Positions 29,844-38,122 of a stretch of 64,000 bases of DNA are shown in pieces. The notes under the pieces were generated by a model. That model had not been told where the DNA came from and ran no database searches. It saw only the letters and a list, made by a program, of their open reading frames with translations. The stretch comes from Candidatus Doudnabacteria bacterium (GTDB taxonomy: Bacteria; Patescibacteriota; Doudnabacteria; UBA920). A program made the translations under genes and the position numbers. The stretch is taken from the NCBI GenBank assembly GCA_020850635.1, contig JADZEH010000004.1, forward strand, positions 11,085 to 75,084, in the 5' to 3' direction. Every line of letters begins with the position of its first letter. Positions within the stretch are counted from its first letter, which is position 1.

Positions 29844-30920
29844 TTAGAGCGGTTCTTTGTCTTTCTTAGTTCGTCTTTTTTTAGGAGATTTGTTATTAGT
29901 CGCCTGATTGATAATGTAACGGTTGTATCGCTTAATACTGAAACGTCCAACAATAAAGGCGACAATTAATCCTGAAATTACAACAGTTATCAATTGCCAT
30001 GGAATGACGTAGAACGTGTAGCTTTTTGAGTCCGACTTTAATTCTTTGGTTCCAAAGACAACACTTAGCGATGCTTTGTATTTTCCAAAAGCAAAATTGT
30101 GCCATTGATACTTTACTTGATCCCAAAATCCAGGACCCGCTGGGCTTGGAATTTCCGGATCGGCTCCCTGTTGCAAGTCTCCCCAGCTACTAGCCCAAAC
30201 AGTTTCAAAACGCCTAATGCTTTTTGGCAAAATACTTCCATCAACAGGGTTGGCTGGCAGAATCTTTGTCGTACGTCCGAACATGTTCGTAATCAAAACA
30301 TCACCAACTGGTCTTAAATGATCTTCACCAACATTTTGAAAACGATAGTAAAAATAAACCGGGAGAGCTGTAAAAAAACGCTTTTTGTCTTTAGTCGCAA
30401 ATTCTAAGATATTAGCGTTTTGAACAAAATCACCATTTACTCGAAGTAACAACAGGGTTCCTAACTTTGAACTAATGCCCACCTGACCACCCTGGTCAGC
30501 ATTGGGAGGGGTTGTTTCTAAAAACATCGCAGCGAAATGACCACCAGGGTCAGCGTTCTCCGGCACATTAACTTTAATAGGAATTTCCAAAGTCTCACCA
30601 GGGCCAATAGTAATGACTTCCGCAACTTCAACCCAAACCGCTAAATCTTCTTTACGATTTGTAAACCGAGGACTACCACTTTCATCCTGAGATTCGAAAT
30701 TTTGTAAATTAGTATAAAAAGTTCGAGATTGTTTTTCCTCATTACTAATTTTCAAAATTTCAGTTACCGACTCTCCAGGATTAGCGTTAATTTCTATTCT
30801 GGGGGTTGTGGTTATGGCTTGTACGGGTCGGACAAAAGCCCCAAAAATTAAAACGAAAACCGCTCCGACAAGTAACGCGGCGCGGCTATATCTTAATTTG
30901 AAAATTTCTGGAAAATTCAT
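29844..30920 (-). CDS. CscA/DUF916-like secreted protein with C-terminal TM anchor and Lys-rich tail (paralog 3)
   Basis: Motifs RFQNVGEDHLRPVGDVLITNMFG, ILPKSIRRFETVW, GKYKASL, FYVIPWQ, TM, then KRYNRYIINQATNNKSPKKRRTKKDKEPL. Confidence 0.6.
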   Translation of the reverse strand: MNFPEIFKLRYSRAALLVGAVFVLIFGAFVRPVQAITTTPRIEINANPGESVTEILKISNEEKQSRTFYTNLQNFESQDESGSPRFTNRKEDLAVWVEVAEVITIGPGETLEIPIKVNVPENADPGGHFAAMFLETTPPNADQGGQVGISSKLGTLLLLRVNGDFVQNANILEFATKDKKRFFTALPVYFYYRFQNVGEDHLRPVGDVLITNMFGRTTKILPANPVDGSILPKSIRRFETVWASSWGDLQQGADPEIPSPAGPGFWDQVKYQWHNFAFGKYKASLSVVFGTKELKSDSKSYTFYVIPWQLITVVISGLIVAFIVGRFSIKRYNRYIINQATNNKSPKKRRTKKDKEPL

Positions 30921-30942
30921 TTAGTAAACAATCCCAAACAAT

Positions 30943-32034
30943 TTAAAATGTACCTGTGGCGATGTATGTGATGTTCGTACTATAACTACCAGCCTCTGTG
31001 TTTCCCGCGATGTTGGCGAGATAAAAAGCACTTACAGTTTCAGTATTAGTTGGTGTTGTTCGTGAAATAATCGTCGTGGTCGTGCCAGCAACAAAGGCCC
31101 AATCTCGGTTTCCTGGTGTAGAGTTGTGATCATAACCAGTTGCCACGGTAGAAGAGCCATTCGTGGAAATACCTAAACCAAACTCTTCTGCAGACTGAGT
31201 ACCATCAGCATCGTTAGTAATAGCGGCAACATCAATAGTATTACCACCACTGGTTAAAGTGGCTCCATTGTAACTTAGGACATACCCACTAGCGGCGTTA
31301 GTAGCAACAGCTAAAGTATGAGCGGCGGCAGAGTCTGTACCAGAACCATTAGTATCACCAGTAGCAAATCGGGCTGCTGTTGAACTAAGTGAGCCAAACC
31401 CGATTGTTGTATCAGAAACGCTAAAGGTAATTGTAGGGTCAACTGTAGCTGTAACGTTAACCTGATCTTCTGTAATAATATCTACAGCAATTGTCCCTGT
31501 GTCACCAAAGCTACCACTAATGGCAATCGTATCGTCATCATCAATTGCGCCATTACTAATTTGGTTTGTGCCAGTTGCCTGACTTACAGCATTTGTACCA
31601 ATACGGAAACGGACGCAACGCCCAGCCGTGACTGTACCAGTACCTGAAGTTAGAGTTACAGTTGTTGCGCTGTCCCCATCTGCTCCCCAAGTCGCACCAG
31701 AGGGAGAAGCGGCCAAAGTTCTTTCTGTAAATGATGCTGTACTACAGTTACTTGAGTCACCTTCAGCAAAGTCAATATCAGTATGAACTATATTGGTAAC
31801 GTTTGTGAAGTCAGCTGAAAAAGTTAAAATAATAGTTTGACCCGCGGTTAATCCGGTAGGTGTGACAAACTTGATTTCATGATTAGCTGCCTCGCTCGCC
31901 TTTAAACGAGACATGACGTCAGATAAACTTGTCACTGAAGCGGCTTGTGCAACAGGTACTCCCTGAAAAACAACGCTAGCAACCAATGCCACCATCGCAA
32001 TCTTACTATATATACGCTTCGTTTTTTGTTTCAT
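30943..32034 (-). CDS. Secreted protein sharing the C-terminal domain of 28528-29616 (WxL-like candidate; paralog B2)
   Basis: Signal peptide ...VPVAQA; the C-terminal block AHTLAVATNAASGY...AGSYSTNITYIATGTF aligns with AHTVTVSTNGVSGY...SGSYQNILTYITSAQY of B1. Confidence 0.55.
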   Translation of the reverse strand: MKQKTKRIYSKIAMVALVASVVFQGVPVAQAASVTSLSDVMSRLKASEAANHEIKFVTPTGLTAGQTIILTFSADFTNVTNIVHTDIDFAEGDSSNCSTASFTERTLAASPSGATWGADGDSATTVTLTSGTGTVTAGRCVRFRIGTNAVSQATGTNQISNGAIDDDDTIAISGSFGDTGTIAVDIITEDQVNVTATVDPTITFSVSDTTIGFGSLSSTAARFATGDTNGSGTDSAAAHTLAVATNAASGYVLSYNGATLTSGGNTIDVAAITNDADGTQSAEEFGLGISTNGSSTVATGYDHNSTPGNRDWAFVAGTTTTIISRTTPTNTETVSAFYLANIAGNTEAGSYSTNITYIATGTF

Positions 32035-32060
32035 TATTTTATGAAGTAATATTTAGGTTA

Positions 32061-32090
32061 ATTATAGCAGATTTTTTGACTTTTGTCTAA
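32061..32090 (-). promoter_or_regulatory. Promoter for the B2-A3 pair: TTAGACA-N17/18-TGCTATAAT (minus strand)
   Basis: Reverse complement reads TTAGACAaaagtcaaaaaatctgcTATAAT, 27 nt upstream of the 32034 start. Confidence 0.45.
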
Positions 32091-32105
32091 CCTGTGTGGA
32101 TAAAA

Positions 32106-35100
32106 TTACTCCACCAAGCTAACTTCAGTTCCAGATTCTACTGAATCTTGAACCTCGGGTTCTTCTTGGGTTTCCTCTGGTTCAGTAACAGGCATTTGTT
32201 CATCGGGAGATTCTTCGCTTACAACGCCGGCAACAGACCCTTCGTCAATTACTGGTTCCGGGTCCTCTGATAATGAATCCGATTCTGACGACTGCTGTCC
32301 AGCAATAACTAACTTGATAGTGCTAGTATTACCATTTGACACAGTCAGTTTTGCATCCTGTCCTGCAAACGCATGCCAGTTAAATTCAACTGCTTCGTTT
32401 TGATCGTCGCTAATCTTAATGGTAAAGCCAGATGAGTCTTCATCAACCACCGTGTAGCGGAAACTATTATCCAATGCGGCTTCACCACGAGGACTAATCG
32501 TGACGATTGGCTGATACTCATACGGCTTAGTAAAGTTTACTCTCACCTCTGTTTCCCCAGAAAGAATTTTTACCTGACCTACTGAGTCTGAGGTTAAATA
32601 CAAATGACCCTTGATGACAATCGGTGTATCAATGTTTCCACCTAAATTGCCTTGTAAACTATTTACTGAAACTTGTAAGCTCTCAATTCTGTCTTGTTGT
32701 TCGTGAATCGCATTAACTAAGATCGGAGTGAAACCAACATAGTTCACAGATTTTAATCCAGTCTTTGGATCAATCTTAACTAGCTCAGGTGAAATCACTT
32801 CAACCTCTTGTGCCAGAAAACCAATTCTCAAAGCATCATCAGTTTGAGACTTCCAACGGAAATTAACCCCCCTAAAATTAAGAACTTTCTCTAAGGCACT
32901 TTCAATTGTTGCTACATCCTCTTTAAGACGTTGGTCAGAGGTACACACCAAAGCGGTACTCGTTGGATCAATATCGCATGACCCATCAGAATCAGTAAAA
33001 CGAGCCACCACACCTGCCGCACCCAACACCACATGAAGCGGATAACTAGGAGTGGTTATGCCGATACCGACATTTCCCGCGCTAAATATTGCAGCATAAT
33101 TATCTGTACCACCTGAAGCACTTACAGACAAACCCACATTGACTGCAGTAGTTCCCGTATGTGTATTAGCGACTTGAAGACCATATGTGGTTTGGCTCGC
33201 GCCATTATTGGAACCCGAGGTAGCAATATTTAAGACCGTTTGATTAGTTAAAGCCTTGGAGGTACCAGAAATTTGTAAGTCAACTAGCTTGCCAGAAGTT
33301 AAGTTGGATGACGCAGCATACAATCCAGTACCAGTGGTTAAAGAGTTAACATTTAGTGCTAAGGCAGAAGCGGTTGTAACTTGAGTCGTATTTGCAGAAG
33401 TAACCGACATTGTTCCTGAACTTTGAATATATCCCTTGACCGCAGCAATTGCACCAGAGGAGTTGACTTGGAATAAGTCACCACTTCCAACGGTCAGCAA
33501 CGCGGTAGGTGAAGCATCTCCAATCCCGACATTGCCACCCATAAACTGAGCAGCGTAATTATTTGTCGCACCGGTTTGAGCGTTTACAGTTAGACCAAAA
33601 CTATTAGTTGCTGTCGAAACAGCACCGGCTGAAATCAAAATACCATGGGTATTCGTAATAGTTGCGTTCGTACTTTTGACTGGAGCACCTGTTATTCCTA
33701 AAGTCGCCGCGTTGGTTAATGTGGAAGCTCCGTTAAATGCATAAGTCGGTGCATTGATTAATACTGCGCGTTGTGTCGCTAAGCTACCAGTACTAAAAGT
33801 TACAGTTCTGTTGAGTGCAAAATTTATATCCGCGGCTTCGATTGTAGAATCTAAGTTAACATGTGCTGGCCCTGTAACGGCGAGTAAATTTGGGGAGCCA
33901 GAACCAGATGGATCGGGGGCCATAATTAATCCGCCAGTTTCGTTGACAGTAGCCAAAGCAGAACCGCCTGAATTTTGCCACTCCTGCAAATTTGCCGACT
34001 GACCACCACTTGAAGCCGATACAGCAATATTATATTTGTCAGACAAATACTTTTCTACGGATTCTTTGTCGGCAATACTTAACGCTGAGCTATAGACTAT
34101 AATTTCCGCGATATCTCCCTCCCAATATTGTGATACTCCTAAGTAGTGATAAGTATCCCCAATCCAATTAAAAGAACTATTTGCAGTTCCCACGATTGTT
34201 ATAATACTATAAGTATTTGCCGGTTTTTGAATATTAAGAACTGAGGTATAAGTACCATTTGTATAACCCTGACCACTAGCAATGTCGCCGTTTGTACCTC
34301 CTAATGAATTAATCAAATCAGTACCAGTTTCACCAAAATAATCAAAACCGGTGCTCTCTCCAACTGGTGACTCCCCAGCAGGCGAACTCCCATCAACATG
34401 TCTGATTACCATTATCAGAGTCCTAGAATTAGTCACTACTGAATCCATAGCCAAAAAATCATCGGTACCATCGAAGCGAACCACAGGCTTGCCGTTAGTT
34501 CCACTAGCAATATAAAGAGGCTGACTTGCTCCAGTTCCTTGAGTAGCATCATTACCCGACCCGCTTGAATTAGTCCAGCTTGCAACAGGGTCATTATTAT
34601 TTAAAGACAAACTATCAGCCTTTAACCACACCACTAAACCACTGATATCATCAGGTTCAATTCCACTACCTAAAGGCGAACCTTTAACAATTATGCCTTT
34701 AGTATTCGCTGTGCCTGTTACAACTTTCAGCCTTGCATCAGGTATGGTAGTGCCTATACCCACGCTTCCATTTTCAAAGATGGCAGCATAGTTATTAGTT
34801 CCACCTGAAGCAGAAGCATATAAACCGACATTAGTTGAGTCTGTCCCTGTATGAGTATTAGTAATATATCCACTGTAAGTTGTTTGGGTGGAAGTAGCAT
34901 TGGCTCCAGATAAACTAAGAGATAAAAGTTTTTGTGTGTTGCTTGCAGCAGCGGTTGTGTTGGCTGATAAAGCTAAACCTGTCCCACCTGCTAAAGTGTC
35001 CCAGGCCCAATTCTGCTGATAATTGGTATTATCAATAGAATTTGTTGCTGTGGCGGCAGTCAACCCTGACAACGAGCCACCGCCTACACCGTCACAAGCC

Positions 35101-37670
35101 TGCCATTCGAAATCGCCAGTAGTTGATTCGTAAGTTAAACATTCTTCATCAACAGAAGAGTCCACTGCTTTTAAATCTGCTTCAGTAACTTTCTCATCAA
35201 CAATCGCGGTGGCTCCAGTACTATCAATCACAATATCTCCACTCATTGCTACGGGATTATAGTTTGTACCATCCGCCACTAGAATAAATCCAGAGGTATT
35301 TGTGCCCATAAATAAATCATCGCCCGAAATAGTAAGATCGCCATCTAGTTGGACGTTACCAACACTGGTGATAAGAACGCGTTCCGTACCAGCCATACTA
35401 ATAGATAAATCATCTGATCCACCAAGCACAGCAATCTGCACTTTCTCAACACCAGCCTTATAAATGTAATACCCAGCTTGTGAAGCAGCGTCTCCATCAA
35501 CCTGAATTAATGCATGCCCAGCAGCATTAGTGTACGACATACCTACTGCCGCGGTTCCCACAACGCTCAGACCTGCAAAAGTTGGCAATGAAGTCGTTGT
35601 TAAATTTTGTCCTGTATTAAAAGTTAATTGCGAATCGCTAATCGAGTCGGCAGCAACAGAAATGCTAACAGCAGCGGTTTCTGATCCTGAACCACTTACA
35701 GAAATCTGGCTGTCGCCAGCAATAGTCGCAACATAGTTGCCAGCAGTATCAGTACCCAGCGCTACACTATTGGATTGAATCGTAGTTGCACCAGTATTAT
35801 CGATTGCAATATCACCAGACACCGACACAAACACAGGAACGCCACTGACATTACCAATAAGCAACTGTCCGCTCGTTGGCGCAGCCGTTACCTGCACTGC
35901 CGAAGTTCCATTCCCGTAAACCAAACCATTTAAAGAGAGAGACGACGTTCCTGTTCCACCATTCGAAACAGCAAGTACACCAGTCACATCGGTAGCTAAG
36001 TTAGTTGTACCACCACCAATAGCTCCCCAAGTTGCACCGTTATAGACATTAAATGCATCTGTTGTTGAGTTGTATACTAAAAGACCTGTCGCTGGGCTAC
36101 TAATCGCATCGCGTTCGACAGTCGTCATCCGTGGTGCTAAAAACCCACGTGTGGTTGAATTTGCTTGTAAGATTGCAGAAGCATCCAAAGTGCCTTCACC
36201 AATGAGCAGTTCACTTGAATCAAAACTACTACCTGAGGATACCGAGCTTGAACCAGCAGCACCACGTGCTCCCGTTTCACCAGTTGCCCCCTGTGGACCT
36301 TGTTCGCCCGTGTCCCCTTTGTCACCTTCTAAAAAGTCGAAAAGACCTAAGGCAATAAATCGATTCATCACTCTTGTTACTGCAGTCTCAATAGCACTTT
36401 CACCAAAGTTTACTGTTGTTGTCGGGGTCGGTGGTGTTATTGGTGTTGAGACAATAGGAACTTCTTCTGGCACGTAGACTATCGTAGGTGTTGGCTCTGG
36501 CTCAGAGCAAACAACTAACCAACACAAAACTTTCTCCCACCAAGGAATTTCGGTACTCTCTCCCAAAACACGACCACTATATTGGCCAGTCTCCGCGTTT
36601 GCTATTTTTGTTTGTGCTGAAAAATCATCAACTGTTAATTGAGGAGAAAATCTGTCTTGTAAATATTTACCATTAGTAGAAAAATTTTCAAGCAAGGGAC
36701 TCTGTAGCATGGCAACAGTTACATTGTCTGCTTTTTTAGCCACGATCTCAGCCAGCATCAAAGTCTTGTTAAACAATGTACTTGCACTGACTGCTACACT
36801 ACTATCAACACTCGCAACTATAAACTGACCTTCATTAAATATTTGATTAACAGAAACAGTAACTCTATCTTGCGAAGATACAAGATCATTTACAACAAAA
36901 TTTGCTAAAACAATATCAGCGTTATCGAGTATGTTATTACTAAATTTTTTAACATCTTCTATTGTCACCTTTGGCACACTCACTGTTGGAACAATATTAT
37001 CAAAAGCACGATGATTCTCTAAACTTTGACTAGCAAGGGTTTGCCCTGTAGTTATAAACTGGACAGACCCTGAGAACTGAGCGAGGACCTTGCCATCACT
37101 AACCCAAGTTGCGACTACCGAATCAACAATTCCAGCAACACGATCAAACGCTCCACTAATACTATTTGGTAAATTGCCAATATCGACCAATACCTGCTCA
37201 TACGACAGCTTGATCAAACTTCCTAAAGTTGAACTATTACTCCCTACTTCGGAAACTAATTCTTGTGAATATTGTTTGGAGTATTTCTTTGTGTTCCGGA
37301 TACCGATTGAAGCATGATCAGCAACGAACTGTTCTGCCTTTGATGTTATATCCTGTGCATCATAATAAAGATTTGCAAATTTTCGCTCATGCCACTCACT
37401 AAATTTAGTGAAGGTTACATAGCCTTCATAAATTGATTCTAGAATAAACTTGCTAGTTTTCGCATCGTAATAATTTAGAAATGCCGAGGTGTCTCCAATT
37501 ATGCCATAGGCTTGATTTTGCCAAGAAGAAACTATTGTCCCTGAATTATTAATTGAGGAATACTCTATATTGGATGGTTGGCTGGCGTATACTCTGTTTG
37601 AACTTAGTGACGCACATAATATAACAACAACCAAGAGGCTATAGACAAGTTTATTTATAACTTTCATCAT
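32106..37670 (-). CDS. Giant (1854 aa) secreted phage-tail-fibre-like protein: collagen-like GXY run, tail-fibre repeats, LamG-like domain, C-terminal S74-type intramolecular chaperone domain, acidic tail
   Basis: Signal peptide ...SSNRVYA; GDKGDTGEQGPQGATGETGARGAAG (collagen triplets); repeats GSVGIGTTIPDARLKVV / GNVGIGDASPTALLTVG / GNVGIGITTPSYPLHVV. LamG-like region LVVWLKADSL...YWEGDIAEIIVYSSAL; endosialidase-chaperone motif SDQRLKEDV...RIGFLAQEVEVISPELV. Confidence 0.85.
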   Translation of the reverse strand: MMKVINKLVYSLLVVVILCASLSSNRVYASQPSNIEYSSINNSGTIVSSWQNQAYGIIGDTSAFLNYYDAKTSKFILESIYEGYVTFTKFSEWHERKFANLYYDAQDITSKAEQFVADHASIGIRNTKKYSKQYSQELVSEVGSNSSTLGSLIKLSYEQVLVDIGNLPNSISGAFDRVAGIVDSVVATWVSDGKVLAQFSGSVQFITTGQTLASQSLENHRAFDNIVPTVSVPKVTIEDVKKFSNNILDNADIVLANFVVNDLVSSQDRVTVSVNQIFNEGQFIVASVDSSVAVSASTLFNKTLMLAEIVAKKADNVTVAMLQSPLLENFSTNGKYLQDRFSPQLTVDDFSAQTKIANAETGQYSGRVLGESTEIPWWEKVLCWLVVCSEPEPTPTIVYVPEEVPIVSTPITPPTPTTTVNFGESAIETAVTRVMNRFIALGLFDFLEGDKGDTGEQGPQGATGETGARGAAGSSSVSSGSSFDSSELLIGEGTLDASAILQANSTTRGFLAPRMTTVERDAISSPATGLLVYNSTTDAFNVYNGATWGAIGGGTTNLATDVTGVLAVSNGGTGTSSLSLNGLVYGNGTSAVQVTAAPTSGQLLIGNVSGVPVFVSVSGDIAIDNTGATTIQSNSVALGTDTAGNYVATIAGDSQISVSGSGSETAAVSISVAADSISDSQLTFNTGQNLTTTSLPTFAGLSVVGTAAVGMSYTNAAGHALIQVDGDAASQAGYYIYKAGVEKVQIAVLGGSDDLSISMAGTERVLITSVGNVQLDGDLTISGDDLFMGTNTSGFILVADGTNYNPVAMSGDIVIDSTGATAIVDEKVTEADLKAVDSSVDEECLTYESTTGDFEWQACDGVGGGSLSGLTAATATNSIDNTNYQQNWAWDTLAGGTGLALSANTTAAASNTQKLLSLSLSGANATSTQTTYSGYITNTHTGTDSTNVGLYASASGGTNNYAAIFENGSVGIGTTIPDARLKVVTGTANTKGIIVKGSPLGSGIEPDDISGLVVWLKADSLSLNNNDPVASWTNSSGSGNDATQGTGASQPLYIASGTNGKPVVRFDGTDDFLAMDSVVTNSRTLIMVIRHVDGSSPAGESPVGESTGFDYFGETGTDLINSLGGTNGDIASGQGYTNGTYTSVLNIQKPANTYSIITIVGTANSSFNWIGDTYHYLGVSQYWEGDIAEIIVYSSALSIADKESVEKYLSDKYNIAVSASSGGQSANLQEWQNSGGSALATVNETGGLIMAPDPSGSGSPNLLAVTGPAHVNLDSTIEAADINFALNRTVTFSTGSLATQRAVLINAPTYAFNGASTLTNAATLGITGAPVKSTNATITNTHGILISAGAVSTATNSFGLTVNAQTGATNNYAAQFMGGNVGIGDASPTALLTVGSGDLFQVNSSGAIAAVKGYIQSSGTMSVTSANTTQVTTASALALNVNSLTTGTGLYAASSNLTSGKLVDLQISGTSKALTNQTVLNIATSGSNNGASQTTYGLQVANTHTGTTAVNVGLSVSASGGTDNYAAIFSAGNVGIGITTPSYPLHVVLGAAGVVARFTDSDGSCDIDPTSTALVCTSDQRLKEDVATIESALEKVLNFRGVNFRWKSQTDDALRIGFLAQEVEVISPELVKIDPKTGLKSVNYVGFTPILVNAIHEQQDRIESLQVSVNSLQGNLGGNIDTPIVIKGHLYLTSDSVGQVKILSGETEVRVNFTKPYEYQPIVTISPRGEAALDNSFRYTVVDEDSSGFTIKISDDQNEAVEFNWHAFAGQDAKLTVSNGNTSTIKLVIAGQQSSESDSLSEDPEPVIDEGSVAGVVSEESPDEQMPVTEPEETQEEPEVQDSVESGTEVSLVE

Positions 37671-37918
37671 GCCAGCCTCCTTTCAGATTTTTCTAAAGAA
37701 GCTAGAATGCGACGATGTTTTTGTTCTTGAGACTTTACATAAGACAAAACGGCCTCACGTGTTGTGAGCCAGTCTCGAGATATTTTAATCGCTTTCAGTT
37801 TGCCTTTACGAGCAAGTAAGCTCAGATATTCCTGTGAGTACGGTGTATTTGTCGCCGCTTCACCAATGGAAATCAAAGAACCAGATGCCAAAAAACGGCT
37901 CTTTTCCTGTTCGGACAT
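37667..37918 (-). CDS. Small excisionase-family HTH DNA-binding protein, translationally coupled (ATGA overlap) to the giant gene
   Basis: ISIGEAATNTPYSQEYLSLLARKGKLKAIKISRDWLTTREAV matches the same HTH family as 26060-26266. Its stop overlaps the start of 32106-37670 by 4 nt. Confidence 0.7.
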   Translation of the reverse strand: MSEQEKSRFLASGSLISIGEAATNTPYSQEYLSLLARKGKLKAIKISRDWLTTREAVLSYVKSQEQKHRRILASLEKSERRLA

Positions 37919-38036
37919 TGTCTCTGCTTATGTTTTGTTTTTGTTTCTATCTACGAACTATCGAGCAACCGCGCATTCCTAAACTAATTTTGGCTTAAGC
38001 ATGCACTATCGATCATCCGATACTTTTCTAAATTCA

Positions 38037-38065
38037 GTATAGCAAAAAAAACGTGTTTTGTCAAT
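38037..38065 (-). promoter_or_regulatory. Near-consensus sigma70 promoter TTGACA-N17-TATACT (minus strand), paralogous to 26426-26454
   Basis: Reverse complement is TTGACAaaacacgttttttttgcTATACT, with shared flanks TCATTGACAA and TTTTTTGCTATA. About 120 nt upstream of HTH2. Confidence 0.55.
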
Positions 38066-38122
38066 GATTTTCAATGTACTAAACAAAAAACCTCCTAAAC
38101 AGGAGGTCTTAAAATTTACATT

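Noticed and set aside
29768-29969. Two mutually overlapping 60-65 aa ORFs in the A3-B1 intergenic region
   Set aside because: They overlap each other on opposite strands in a 212-nt spacer dominated by the 72-nt hairpin and a promoter.
26060-37918. Prophage or integrative element, prompted by excisionase-family HTH proteins and tail-fibre domains
   Set aside because: There is no integrase, terminase, portal, capsid, tail tube or attachment-site repeat in the window. The HTH genes are paired with secreted host-type proteins that have signal peptides.
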